Assembly: GCA_044344945.1 (NCBI GenBank)
Contig: JBIJBZ010000001.1
Span: 2,239-66,238 of the forward strand
DNA length: 64,000 nucleotides
From: Bdellovibrionota bacterium
GTDB lineage: Bacteria > Bdellovibrionota_C > UBA2361 > OMII01
Direction: 5' to 3'
The first letter of the stretch is position 1, and each line of letters starts with the position of its first letter. A program made the translations under genes and the position numbers. The notes under the pieces are model-generated. The model saw only the letters and a list, made by a program, of their open reading frames with translations, ran no database searches and was not told the origin of the DNA. Of this stretch, positions 41,508-50,588 are shown one piece after another.

Positions 41508-42829
41508 GCCTTCTTCTTGGTGCCAGTAGTATCGAGAAGAGCGATCCCTTGGTGAGTCTTCTTCATATCGGCGATCTGGGCGAGTACCGCCTTCGGAGCT
41601 TTAATCTCAGGAGCGCTCTGAATAACTTTTGCCTTCATAGGATCGACGTAGGCGCCCTTGTCGAAGAGTCCAAAGTGAAGGTGTGGCCCTGTCGAGAGCC
41701 CGGTGTTTCCGACATTTCCAATAACGCTGCCACGCTGAACTCGAGCGCCCTTCTTTGCAGACGGGTCGATCTTCGAGAGATGCATATACTCTGTGGTGTA
41801 GCGCGAGTCGTGCGCGATCCGAACCATGTAGCCCGTTGATGACGAGAAGCCTGAGTAGACCACGACACCATCGCCTACGGTTCGCACCGGAGTGCCGATT
41901 GGAGCTGAGAAGTCTACGCCGTTGTGAGGGCGCGTAACGTGCAGCACGGGATGGAAGCGAGCCGTTGAAAACATCGAGCCGATACGCGTAAATTGAACCG
42001 GATATCGCAAGAATGCCTTAGTTGGCATCTGCCCCTTTTCATCGAAGTACCGAACGGTTCCGTCAGCAGCAACATCACGAACAACAGCAAACATCTCACC
42101 ACTCAGGTAGAGCGAGGCCGCCTTGATAGTTCCGGTCTCTACGGCCTTGCCGTTCTCAAGCACCTTCTCATCGTACGTAACGGTAAAGCTATCTCCGGCC
42201 TGCAAGTCCTTACGAAACTCAACCCGCGATCCGAATAGATCCACGAAATCATCTACGAGCGAATAAGGGAGATCGGCCGACGTAGCTGCATCAACAAGCG
42301 ACGAGTAGATAACGCCCGACACCCGACGCTCACGAGTTTGAATCTTTGCCTGCTCGATTCGAGGCACATAGCCTTCGTCTGAGTCGCCAGTAATAACCAG
42401 CGTAGCTCCAGCTCCAAGCTCTCGACGGAGCTCGATTACCTCATCACCCTTGCGAGTAACGGAGACCACCTCCCCAGCCTTGAGGGAAGGGTGCTTTGAG
42501 GAGAACGCAGATATAAAAGAGTGTACTGCGCGCGGGGCGCCCTTAATCTCTTTCCAAAGTGTGGAGATAGTTGTTCCGCGCCGAATGGTGTGCAGAAACG
42601 TCTCATGGACTGGCTCAAGGTTTTCAGGCGCAACAGCATCAGAGCTTCCCGCAACTGCCCGAATTTGCTCCGATTGAAAGGGGCTATCCTTGCCGTATAG
42701 TAGTTGACTGGAGCCGTCGTTGGCCCCCCAGAAACTCGCAAGCTGCCGACCGACCGGCGTTCCTTGAACAATAAAATATCCAGCCAGGCTGAGAACACAG
42801 CACCTGGCAACAACACTGTACGCTTTCAT
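41504..42829 (-). CDS. M23 family (LytM-type) peptidase, secreted
   Basis: HNGVDFSAPIGTPV..., GNTGLSTGPHLHFGL. The track start is at 42868; the signal-peptide start is at 42829. Confidence 0.8.
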   Translation of the reverse strand: MKAYSVVARCCVLSLAGYFIVQGTPVGRQLASFWGANDGSSQLLYGKDSPFQSEQIRAVAGSSDAVAPENLEPVHETFLHTIRRGTTISTLWKEIKGAPRAVHSFISAFSSKHPSLKAGEVVSVTRKGDEVIELRRELGAGATLVITGDSDEGYVPRIEQAKIQTRERRVSGVIYSSLVDAATSADLPYSLVDDFVDLFGSRVEFRKDLQAGDSFTVTYDEKVLENGKAVETGTIKAASLYLSGEMFAVVRDVAADGTVRYFDEKGQMPTKAFLRYPVQFTRIGSMFSTARFHPVLHVTRPHNGVDFSAPIGTPVRTVGDGVVVYSGFSSSTGYMVRIAHDSRYTTEYMHLSKIDPSAKKGARVQRGSVIGNVGNTGLSTGPHLHFGLFDKGAYVDPMKAKVIQSAPEIKAPKAVLAQIADMKKTHQGIALLDTTGTKKKA

Positions 42830-42926
42830 GCTGCCCGGGACTCTATGACGATATATACTAGCAGGCAAGCTCCCGTCTTTATTTTATAACGCAGTTTGCA
42901 TTTTTGCGCCCATCCTCCGGTTTCCT

Positions 42927-43337
42927 ATGATTATTCTCGCCATCGATGTTGGAACGGTTCGAGTGGGATGCGCCGCAGCCGACACCTCGATCGGGATCCC
43001 CTTCCCGGTTGCGGTCTGGCCTCGTGCTCAGGCCCGGGCCGAGAAGGCACTGATAGCAACCATCGCTGAACGGCGCGCAGACCTCCTGGTGGTAGGCTTA
43101 CCGCTTGGACCTCAGGGGGAACGCACCGCGACGTGCGAAAACATCGAAGCCTTCGTTAGCCGTCTTGCTAAGAGGTCTCCGATCACGATTGTATATGTGG
43201 ACGAGGCGTTTACCTCGGACGAAGCTACCCAACGACTGCATGCAGCATCTGCATCTCCAGAGGCGATTGATGCCCATGCGGCATGTTTAATTCTCGAGCG
43301 ATATTTACAGACACATCCACCCCAATCATCGAAATAG
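42927..43337 (+). CDS. ruvX: Holliday junction resolvase-like RuvX/YqgF
   Basis: MIILAIDVGTVRVGCAAAD N-terminus. 136 aa. Confidence 0.85.
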   Translation: MIILAIDVGTVRVGCAAADTSIGIPFPVAVWPRAQARAEKALIATIAERRADLLVVGLPLGPQGERTATCENIEAFVSRLAKRSPITIVYVDEAFTSDEATQRLHAASASPEAIDAHAACLILERYLQTHPPQSSK

Positions 43338-43347
43338 CGAGGTTCCA

Positions 43348-44484
43348 GTGTTACGAAAAGCCATCATTACCCTGCTCTACATCGCGATCCCTGTTGCGGT
43401 AGCCCTGGGCACCTACCGGGCTCTCCACTTCTACTTTCTCGACCCAGTCGACCCAGACAACACTCAAACAGTACTTATCGATGCCACAGAGACAAAATCA
43501 TTCAACGAGATCGCTCAGAGCCTTCAAAGTCAGGGGCTCATCCGAAATGGCTTTACGTTCCGTCTCCTTGCTCGCCTTCAACACAAAGACACCCTCGTGA
43601 AGGCCGGTGAATACGAGATCTCACCGTCCATGTCCCCGCAGCAGATACTCAACAAGCTCGTTCGCGGAGAGATGTTCACTCGACGCGTTACGGTAAAGGA
43701 GGGGATGACTATTGCTGATATCTCGGCTGCCCTTGAGCAGGCCGGCATCATCTCCCGCGCTGCATTCGATGCTGCCGCTCACGATACGCAGCTCTTACTA
43801 GAAGAAGGAATCGAGGCAACATCATTTGAAGGGTACCTTTTCCCCGAGACTTACCAGTTTCCGCGCAACACCACGGCCCGCAAGATTATTAAAACCATGC
43901 ATGAGCAGTTGCAGAAGCGTTGGCTTCCGGATTGGGCGCAACGAGCCGAGATCTACGCCATGTCTACACATCAAGTCCTGACCCTTGCCTCAATCATCGA
44001 GAAGGAATCTGGAAACTTTGAGGAGCAGCCGGTTATCTCCTCCGTGTTTCACAATCGCCTCAAACGTGGCATGCGCCTTCAAGCAGATCCGACCGTCATC
44101 TACGGGATCCCGAACTTTAACGGCAACATCACCAAGCAGGATCTCAACACTCTGACTCCCTACAACACCTACATGATCGACGGCCTCCCACCAGGACCGA
44201 TCGCGAATCCTGGTATCGCTGCTATCAAGGCTGCGCTCTTTCCAACCGACACCAACTTTCTCTACTTTGTTGGGAATGGAGACGGAAAGCATATCTTCTC
44301 AGAGACGCTCTCTGACCATAACGATGCTGTAAATGAGTTTCAGCGCGGAAAACCCGGCGCTCCCGATGTGGTCCCAGCCTCTGGCGCTGCGGCTACACAG
44401 GAGCCTCCATCAGCGATTCTGCTGCAAGACACGCCCACATCTCAACCAGCTCAACAACCGGCCGCAGCTCCGGCGCAACAGTAA
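43348..44484 (+). CDS. mltG: endolytic murein transglycosylase MltG/YceG
   Basis: N-terminal TM, YceG-like domain (GxYxF...LTLASIIEKE). Confidence 0.8.
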   Translation: MLRKAIITLLYIAIPVAVALGTYRALHFYFLDPVDPDNTQTVLIDATETKSFNEIAQSLQSQGLIRNGFTFRLLARLQHKDTLVKAGEYEISPSMSPQQILNKLVRGEMFTRRVTVKEGMTIADISAALEQAGIISRAAFDAAAHDTQLLLEEGIEATSFEGYLFPETYQFPRNTTARKIIKTMHEQLQKRWLPDWAQRAEIYAMSTHQVLTLASIIEKESGNFEEQPVISSVFHNRLKRGMRLQADPTVIYGIPNFNGNITKQDLNTLTPYNTYMIDGLPPGPIANPGIAAIKAALFPTDTNFLYFVGNGDGKHIFSETLSDHNDAVNEFQRGKPGAPDVVPASGAAATQEPPSAILLQDTPTSQPAQQPAAAPAQQ

Positions 44485-44496
44485 GCGCTAGCGCCT

Positions 44497-46722
44497 ATGG
44501 TCAGCCGCATCACGTCGCTCATTGCAGCAGTTCAAGCCAAGGAGCAGCGTAACAGGCAGATCGCTCTGGCGTTCGTTTGCCTCGGCGTGGCCGCTGTAGT
44601 GACTACTTTTTATGCAATTGCGACGTGGTATCCCCGCTGGATCGGCGCGTTCGCTATTCCGGTCAGTATCATCACCGTCTTGTGGATACTGCGCTCAGGA
44701 ATTCGGCAAATCACCGTCTCTCGCACCGACGCGGCCCGTTTTATCGATGCTCATCTCCAGACGAAAGATAGAGTGGCAGCCCTGGAATCACTGCGCCTCG
44801 ATGAAACTTTGGCCCGCTCGCCACAAGCGCAGCTCCTTGCTGCACAACTCTCCGCAATTATCCCTGACCACAAAGAGCCTTCTGCCATAGTACCGTACGT
44901 TTTTGCCGCGCCCGAGAAGCGCGCAACAGTTGTATTCTGTTTAATGCTGGCACTCCTTCTGGGACTCAATCATTTTCGCCCTTTGAGCCCCCTTGAGGAG
45001 CTGGCTGCCTCCGTTGAGCAGGTGCTTCGCGAGGATCCGAAGCTGCCTGAGCAGGTACGCGATGAGGCCCAGAAGCTTCTCCATACCCTAACCGATACGA
45101 AAGCGTCGCAAGAGGAGATTCGCTCGGCACTCTCGTCTACCAGGGAAGCGATCGAACGCTCACGAAAAGTATCTCAAGCGAACGACTCTACCAAAACGAT
45201 TTCACAAACCGACCAAGAACGATCACTGCCGAAGCTCTCTCGCAGCACCGAGCCGCAGAACCAACCAACTCCGACGCCCGCCACAATACAACGTCAGGAT
45301 TCCACGCCTGGGAAACAGAACTCGCCAGAACGCAACACGCAGAACAAAGAGCAGAACTCCCAGCAACAAGACCAAGCTACAGGAAGCAAGCAGGAGACAA
45401 AACAACAGAGCGACCAAAACTCCTCTGAGCAGAATCGGGACCAGCGCCAAGAGAAACAGCAGGGAGCCCAAGACTCGAAGGGCTCCGAGCGTGGAGAGGA
45501 TCAACAATCGCAGGATTCGCAGAAGAACGAGCAGGGTGGCTCGGACTCGCAGGCATCCCAAGAGCAGGAGCAGCAACAGCAGAAATCTGAGCAACAGGGA
45601 TCCGACCAACAGGGCGCTGAACAGCAGGGCTCGCAGCAACAACAGCAGGGCTCGCAGCAACAACAGCAGGGCTCCCAACAACAGGACTCAAACAAGCAGT
45701 CTCCGCAAAACTCCCAGCAGCAGAGTGATGGCGACGGACAAGGAAGTGGAGAAGGCTCTGGCAAAGGGCAGGGTGAAGCCCAGAAAGAATCAGACTCAGG
45801 CTCGAAAGGCGCGGGCACTTCGAAGGGGCAGGGCTCGCAGGGCTCCGGTTCAGGTTCAGAAAAGCAAGATCCCTCTAACAACTCTCAAGGCGATTCAGGA
45901 GCTTCGGAGTCTGGAACTCAGAAACTTCAAGCCGCGATCTCAAAAGCCGAGTCGGCCCTCAGTAAGGAGAGCAATGAGGATTCCAAGGGGAAGAAAGACG
46001 ACCAGGCTGGCACAAACAACAAGGACGGCAACGACCAAAAGGATTCCTCCCAAGGCAGCTCTCAAGGCTCGCAACCGAAAGAGGGGGATCAGAAAGGTTC
46101 TGAACAAAAACCCGATGCGCAGGGTTCCTCATCAAAGGACGGCGCCTCGTCTAAGACGCAATCGCAGGAGCAGAAAGGAAAAGACGGAGAGCAAGGGAAG
46201 GACTCTAAACCCCGTTCAGAGACGACGGGTTCGCAGGAATCTCCTGATAAACCCGAAACTTCAAAATCTCAGGGCTCTCAAGGGCAAGCGGGTAAAAACG
46301 ACCAGCCCAAAGACCAAGAGAAGGGCAAGGAGAAAAGCGACGCACCTTCAAAACCAACTTCTGATCAGTCCGCTCAAAAGCCTCAAGAGCAGGAGCAGCA
46401 GAAGGGCAAACAAGGCTCGCAGGACAGCACCGGCTCCGACTCCCCGGAGGTCGACCGAAACGCCCAAGCCCGCGAGGGTGGGGCTGACGGTCCCGCAGGA
46501 CCTGGGCTTGGTGGCAAGGAGCAGTTTAAAGAGGTAGCGATCGATGCTTCGAAGGAGCAGCTCGACGCCCGCTTCACCGGAAAAGATGCAACCCTTGAAG
46601 CAAGTGACGCCCCGGCTCAACCCAAAACAACCCTTGAAGATGTCACCCTCGCCAAACCAAAGAGCTCCTCACTGCGCTCGGAGCAACAGATCCCGCTTGA
46701 GTACCGGGATGTTTTAAAATAG
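44497..46722 (+). CDS. membrane-anchored, highly charged Q/S/K/D/E-rich intrinsically disordered protein heading the MoxR operon
   Basis: Two N-terminal TM helices, then about 500 aa of low-complexity sequence including 21-bp tandem repeats (GSQQQQQ). Extreme composition also shows as Cys/Leu-rich antisense ORFs. Confidence 0.6.
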   Translation: MVSRITSLIAAVQAKEQRNRQIALAFVCLGVAAVVTTFYAIATWYPRWIGAFAIPVSIITVLWILRSGIRQITVSRTDAARFIDAHLQTKDRVAALESLRLDETLARSPQAQLLAAQLSAIIPDHKEPSAIVPYVFAAPEKRATVVFCLMLALLLGLNHFRPLSPLEELAASVEQVLREDPKLPEQVRDEAQKLLHTLTDTKASQEEIRSALSSTREAIERSRKVSQANDSTKTISQTDQERSLPKLSRSTEPQNQPTPTPATIQRQDSTPGKQNSPERNTQNKEQNSQQQDQATGSKQETKQQSDQNSSEQNRDQRQEKQQGAQDSKGSERGEDQQSQDSQKNEQGGSDSQASQEQEQQQQKSEQQGSDQQGAEQQGSQQQQQGSQQQQQGSQQQDSNKQSPQNSQQQSDGDGQGSGEGSGKGQGEAQKESDSGSKGAGTSKGQGSQGSGSGSEKQDPSNNSQGDSGASESGTQKLQAAISKAESALSKESNEDSKGKKDDQAGTNNKDGNDQKDSSQGSSQGSQPKEGDQKGSEQKPDAQGSSSKDGASSKTQSQEQKGKDGEQGKDSKPRSETTGSQESPDKPETSKSQGSQGQAGKNDQPKDQEKGKEKSDAPSKPTSDQSAQKPQEQEQQKGKQGSQDSTGSDSPEVDRNAQAREGGADGPAGPGLGGKEQFKEVAIDASKEQLDARFTGKDATLEASDAPAQPKTTLEDVTLAKPKSSSLRSEQQIPLEYRDVLK
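45625..45687 (+). repeat. three tandem 21-bp repeats (cagggctcgcagcaacaacag) inside the disordered protein gene
   Basis: Two perfect repeats plus one diverged copy; in-frame length-variation hotspot. Confidence 0.6.
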
Positions 46723-46810
46723 CCGCCGGGCTTGCAGCGTTTATCTGGTGGCAGAAAACGGCTCTGCACAGGTATAGTAAGCCGATATCAACGTAACGAT
46801 CGGATCCTCT

Positions 46811-47824
46811 ATGAACAATTCCACATTCCGTGATGCAACAGAGCTACAACAAGGGATCAAAGACTTTCACTCGTGTTTTTTTAAAATAGAGCAGGAGGTA
46901 CAGAAGGTCGTTGTCGGGATGCAGGACGTTGTGCGTGGAACGTTGTCAGCAATTTGCGCTCGGGGCCACGTCCTTCTTGAAGGTGCCCCCGGCCTCGGGA
47001 AGACGCTGCTCGTAAAATCGATCTCAAATGCTCTCGGGTTATCCTTTAAACGTGTGCAATTTACCCCTGACCTGATGCCCTCCGACATAACCGGAACACA
47101 GGTACTCACGGAAGATGAGGGTGGACAGCGACGCTTTGTTTTTAAACCCGGCCCGGTGTTTGCCAACATCGTGCTTGCCGATGAGATCAATCGAGCAACG
47201 CCTAAAACCCAAGCGTCACTGTTGGAGGCCATGGAGGAGCGACAGGTAACGGTCCTTGATCAGACCTACCCACTGCCGCAACCGTTCTTTGTACTCGCTA
47301 CTCAGAATCCAATTGAACTCGAGGGCACATACCCACTCCCAGAGGCGCAGCTCGACCGATTCCTTGTAAAGGTTCTCGTGCCAGCTCCTTCGCCTTCAGA
47401 GCTTAAAGAAATCCTCTCTCGAACAACCGGCACCACCGCTCGGGAAGTGACCCCTGTGTTCCCGCCAGAAGAGGCCACTGCCTACATCGCTCGTATGCAG
47501 AGTATCGTCCGACACGTGGTAATCTCCGAACCGATGCAGGAGATTATTGTGCGCATCACCGGCGCGCTTACTCCCACCTCTGATTTTGCAACACCACACG
47601 TAAAACAATACGTTCGATTCGGCCCGGGCCCGCGCGGCGCGCAGGCAGTTGTCCTTGCAGCGAAGGTGTGTGCCCTGCTTGATAACCGCATTAATCTCTC
47701 GTTTGAAGATATTAAATCGGTCATTACCTCGGCCCTGCGGCACCGTCTTATTTTAAACTTTCAAGCCGAAGCAGACGGCGTCACAGCCGATGATCTCATC
47801 GAGGAGATCCGCAACGCCAAATAG
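46811..47824 (+). CDS. MoxR-family AAA+ ATPase
   Basis: LLEGAPGLGKTLL Walker A, VLADEINRATPKTQ Walker B/sensor. Confidence 0.9.
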   Translation: MNNSTFRDATELQQGIKDFHSCFFKIEQEVQKVVVGMQDVVRGTLSAICARGHVLLEGAPGLGKTLLVKSISNALGLSFKRVQFTPDLMPSDITGTQVLTEDEGGQRRFVFKPGPVFANIVLADEINRATPKTQASLLEAMEERQVTVLDQTYPLPQPFFVLATQNPIELEGTYPLPEAQLDRFLVKVLVPAPSPSELKEILSRTTGTTAREVTPVFPPEEATAYIARMQSIVRHVVISEPMQEIIVRITGALTPTSDFATPHVKQYVRFGPGPRGAQAVVLAAKVCALLDNRINLSFEDIKSVITSALRHRLILNFQAEADGVTADDLIEEIRNAK

Positions 47825-47841
47825 TGTAGGCAGAGCTACTC

Positions 47842-48738
47842 ATGCTGATCTCTCGCACCACCCTTCGACTCCTTGACGCCTTGGCGCTCCGGTCGAAGCG
47901 ATCGTTTTTCGGATTACGACAGGGAGCGCACCGCTCTCCCCGCCGTGGTCACGGCGTTGAGTTCGCTGAGTATCGAAACTACGAATTAGGCGACAATCCA
48001 CGCGCGATCGATTGGAACCTCTTCAGCCGCAGCGATAAGCTCTACATTAAACGGTACCTCGAAGAGGAGAACGTCGAACTCTACATCGTTATCGACGGGT
48101 CTCGCTCAGTGACCCACCCAGCACTACGCGAAAAGTGGGACCTAGCCACCCACATCGCCGCCTGCGCCTCCTACATCGCGCTTTCCACACAAGATCCCGT
48201 TACGATCTCAGTGTTAGGCGGCCCACACAGTACGAGCTATTGGGGTGGTCGTGCGTTTGGCCCGTTAACGCAGTTCATTGAGGCAGCCTCGCGTTTTATC
48301 GTCTCGGAAACACACGAGAGCATCGACATTGCCGAAGAGGCTCGCCGAGCAGCGACTCGAACTCGCTTTCCCGGAATATGTCTCGTTATCTCTGATTTCC
48401 TCTATCCACTCGATACCGTTGCAGCGATGCTTGGAAGCTTCCGCGCCCGCAACATGGAGATCCACGCTATACAGATCCTCGGGAGTGCCGACACAGCCCC
48501 GGCGCGCGGTGCAAGTGGAGCGACCCTCATCGATAGCGAAACTGGCTCGACTCTCGGAATCTCGCTAACAGGCGAAACCCGCGCCATGTATGAGGCCCTT
48601 TTACAATCGCACAACCACGCTCTGCGCGCCCACTGTCTTGCAAACCACATATCGTACGTGTCGACATCGCTTGCCGACTTCCGCTCCGTCGATGACGCTT
48701 CAATCGATACCATTAAACGGATGGGGCTCTTCGTATGA
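47842..48738 (+). CDS. DUF58 family protein (MoxR partner)
   Basis: GHGVEFAEYRNYELGDNPRAIDW signature. 4-nt overlap with the next gene. Confidence 0.8.
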   Translation: MLISRTTLRLLDALALRSKRSFFGLRQGAHRSPRRGHGVEFAEYRNYELGDNPRAIDWNLFSRSDKLYIKRYLEEENVELYIVIDGSRSVTHPALREKWDLATHIAACASYIALSTQDPVTISVLGGPHSTSYWGGRAFGPLTQFIEAASRFIVSETHESIDIAEEARRAATRTRFPGICLVISDFLYPLDTVAAMLGSFRARNMEIHAIQILGSADTAPARGASGATLIDSETGSTLGISLTGETRAMYEALLQSHNHALRAHCLANHISYVSTSLADFRSVDDASIDTIKRMGLFV

Positions 48739-50588
48739 CCCTGTGGGGAGTAACCATCACTGCACATGCGCCCCTATTTCTTCTTGGGATTCCGCTTGGC
48801 GCTGCATTACTCGTCTACATCTTTCGTGCGCGCGGCTCCGGCTCGTCGATCGTCACATCGACGCTACTTTTGCTCTCAAAGCTTCCTCAGTATATGCCCG
48901 CGCGCCGTCGTTTTGTTCCTCCGTTACAGTTCTGGATTGAGCTAGCGGCTCTTATCCTTCTTTCGCTTGCTGCAGCACGCCTTATCTCCTCGGAATCGGG
49001 AGCTCGCATCGCTGTTGTGATCGACTCCTCCAAGAGTATGGCCACCCTAATCAGCGCGGGAGAGCCCCGACTCGCTGTCGCCAAAAGACTCGCCACGGCT
49101 GATATCGCACAGAGCCTTCCAACAACCCGATTCTCGGTCTTTGCCGCATCTGACTCGCTCAAGCCGATAACGACACCGGGACTCTCAAGTGCTGCCGCTA
49201 TCCGAGCCATTACCACAATTACCCAGAGCCACAGCCCCGATCAGTTGCAACAGTTCGTGACTGCCCTGGCAAACAGTAGGGAGTACAACCGGATCTGGGT
49301 CTACACCGATAGGTCTTCCGAACCGATATCAACTGACACGCCGATCAAGATCAATTCAATCCCATCCGATCTCTTGGCCCTCACAAACATATGGATTCAC
49401 TCCATCGCCACGAGGGGAGACTCCGCTACGCCATCAATAGAAGCCGAACTCCTCGCCTCTGGCAAAGCTCCAGTCGCAGCCTCCGTGAAAGCAACATGTA
49501 CAAAGCCATCAAGCCGCGAAAGGTTTGACCTTCCCTCGACAACGAAAACGATCGTCCCTGGACAGATAAGCAAAGTCTCCCTTGGCCCCATCACACAGCC
49601 GTGGAGCTACTGCAACGTCTCCGCGCAGCCGCAGGATCTCGCCCTCGTTGATGCACTCGCAATCGACAACGATGCGTGGATCGTTCAATCCTCAACAGAT
49701 ACCCCGATTACTCTGGTAAGTGCACTCTCTTCGCAACAGCTAGGGCTCACCGCCATACCCAACCTCTCCATCGCCACGCGAACGAATCAGTCGCTCCCTG
49801 TAGCAGGACAGGCGATCTATCACCGAGAGGTACCGCCTAGTCTTCCGCAGCAAGCAACGCTCGTTGTCTCTCCACCACAAGGCTCCCTCCCATGGAGAGG
49901 CGGTCGTTCGTCTGGTGCAGAGCGAACGACTTCCGACATTACGCGCTGGGCGACCTCACACCCACTCTTGCAATACGTTCAGCCCGATCTCCTCTCGCTT
50001 CCCGAAACGAGCATCCTTGAGTGCCCGGATTCCTCAACTCCGATCCTCTTCTCGCCACGAGGCGCCGTTGCATGCGCGGGGGAGGAAGCCGGCGCGCGCT
50101 ACGCTATAACTGGCTTCGAACTCTTTCCATTCGATGGGCTACGATCTCCAACCTTAAGTGTGTTCACCCTAAATATCATGCGTTGGCTCTTTCAATCAGG
50201 CGCCCCCGGTCTAAGCACCTCAAGCCTCGGCACGATCAAACTTCCCACCTCCAGCTCCTCCGTGCAGGTTGTAGCACCACGGGCGCACGAGCTCCCCCTC
50301 GACTCGTCGCGAATTGTTACGATTAGCGAGCCCGGTGTGGTCTCCATAGCCCCCTCCGCTGGAGACACCGCTAACGGCCAACTCAGGGCGTTTAATGCCA
50401 TATCCGACGCCGAATCAGACACCTCGCGCGGAGGCAGTGTTGCTGTCGTAACAAGCAAGGATGTTCCACCCACCAAACCTCGAGAGAAGTTCCCACTTGA
50501 AGGGATCCTTGCAGCAGCAGCGCTCTTGGTACTAGCCGCAGACCTCGTACGTCGTATTGTAAAGCGCTCCTCGTGGGGGCAGGTATGA
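48735..50588 (+). CDS. BatA-type protein: N-terminal double-TM aerotolerance domain plus vWA domain
   Basis: N-terminal double TM; VVIDSSKSM (vWA MIDAS-like). Confidence 0.65.
   Translation: MTLWGVTITAHAPLFLLGIPLGAALLVYIFRARGSGSSIVTSTLLLLSKLPQYMPARRRFVPPLQFWIELAALILLSLAAARLISSESGARIAVVIDSSKSMATLISAGEPRLAVAKRLATADIAQSLPTTRFSVFAASDSLKPITTPGLSSAAAIRAITTITQSHSPDQLQQFVTALANSREYNRIWVYTDRSSEPISTDTPIKINSIPSDLLALTNIWIHSIATRGDSATPSIEAELLASGKAPVAASVKATCTKPSSRERFDLPSTTKTIVPGQISKVSLGPITQPWSYCNVSAQPQDLALVDALAIDNDAWIVQSSTDTPITLVSALSSQQLGLTAIPNLSIATRTNQSLPVAGQAIYHREVPPSLPQQATLVVSPPQGSLPWRGGRSSGAERTTSDITRWATSHPLLQYVQPDLLSLPETSILECPDSSTPILFSPRGAVACAGEEAGARYAITGFELFPFDGLRSPTLSVFTLNIMRWLFQSGAPGLSTSSLGTIKLPTSSSSVQVVAPRAHELPLDSSRIVTISEPGVVSIAPSAGDTANGQLRAFNAISDAESDTSRGGSVAVVTSKDVPPTKPREKFPLEGILAAAALLVLAADLVRRIVKRSSWGQV

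Noticed and set aside
45223-46620. Cys-rich and Leu-rich antisense ORFs (45223..45681, 45377..45691, 45501..45881, 46348..46620) and plus-frame ORF 45491..46537 inside the Q/S-rich gene
   Set aside because: These are compositional artefacts of the low-complexity CAG/CAA/GGC repeats. The sense frame (44497..46722) is the only one with TM anchor, start context and operon fit.
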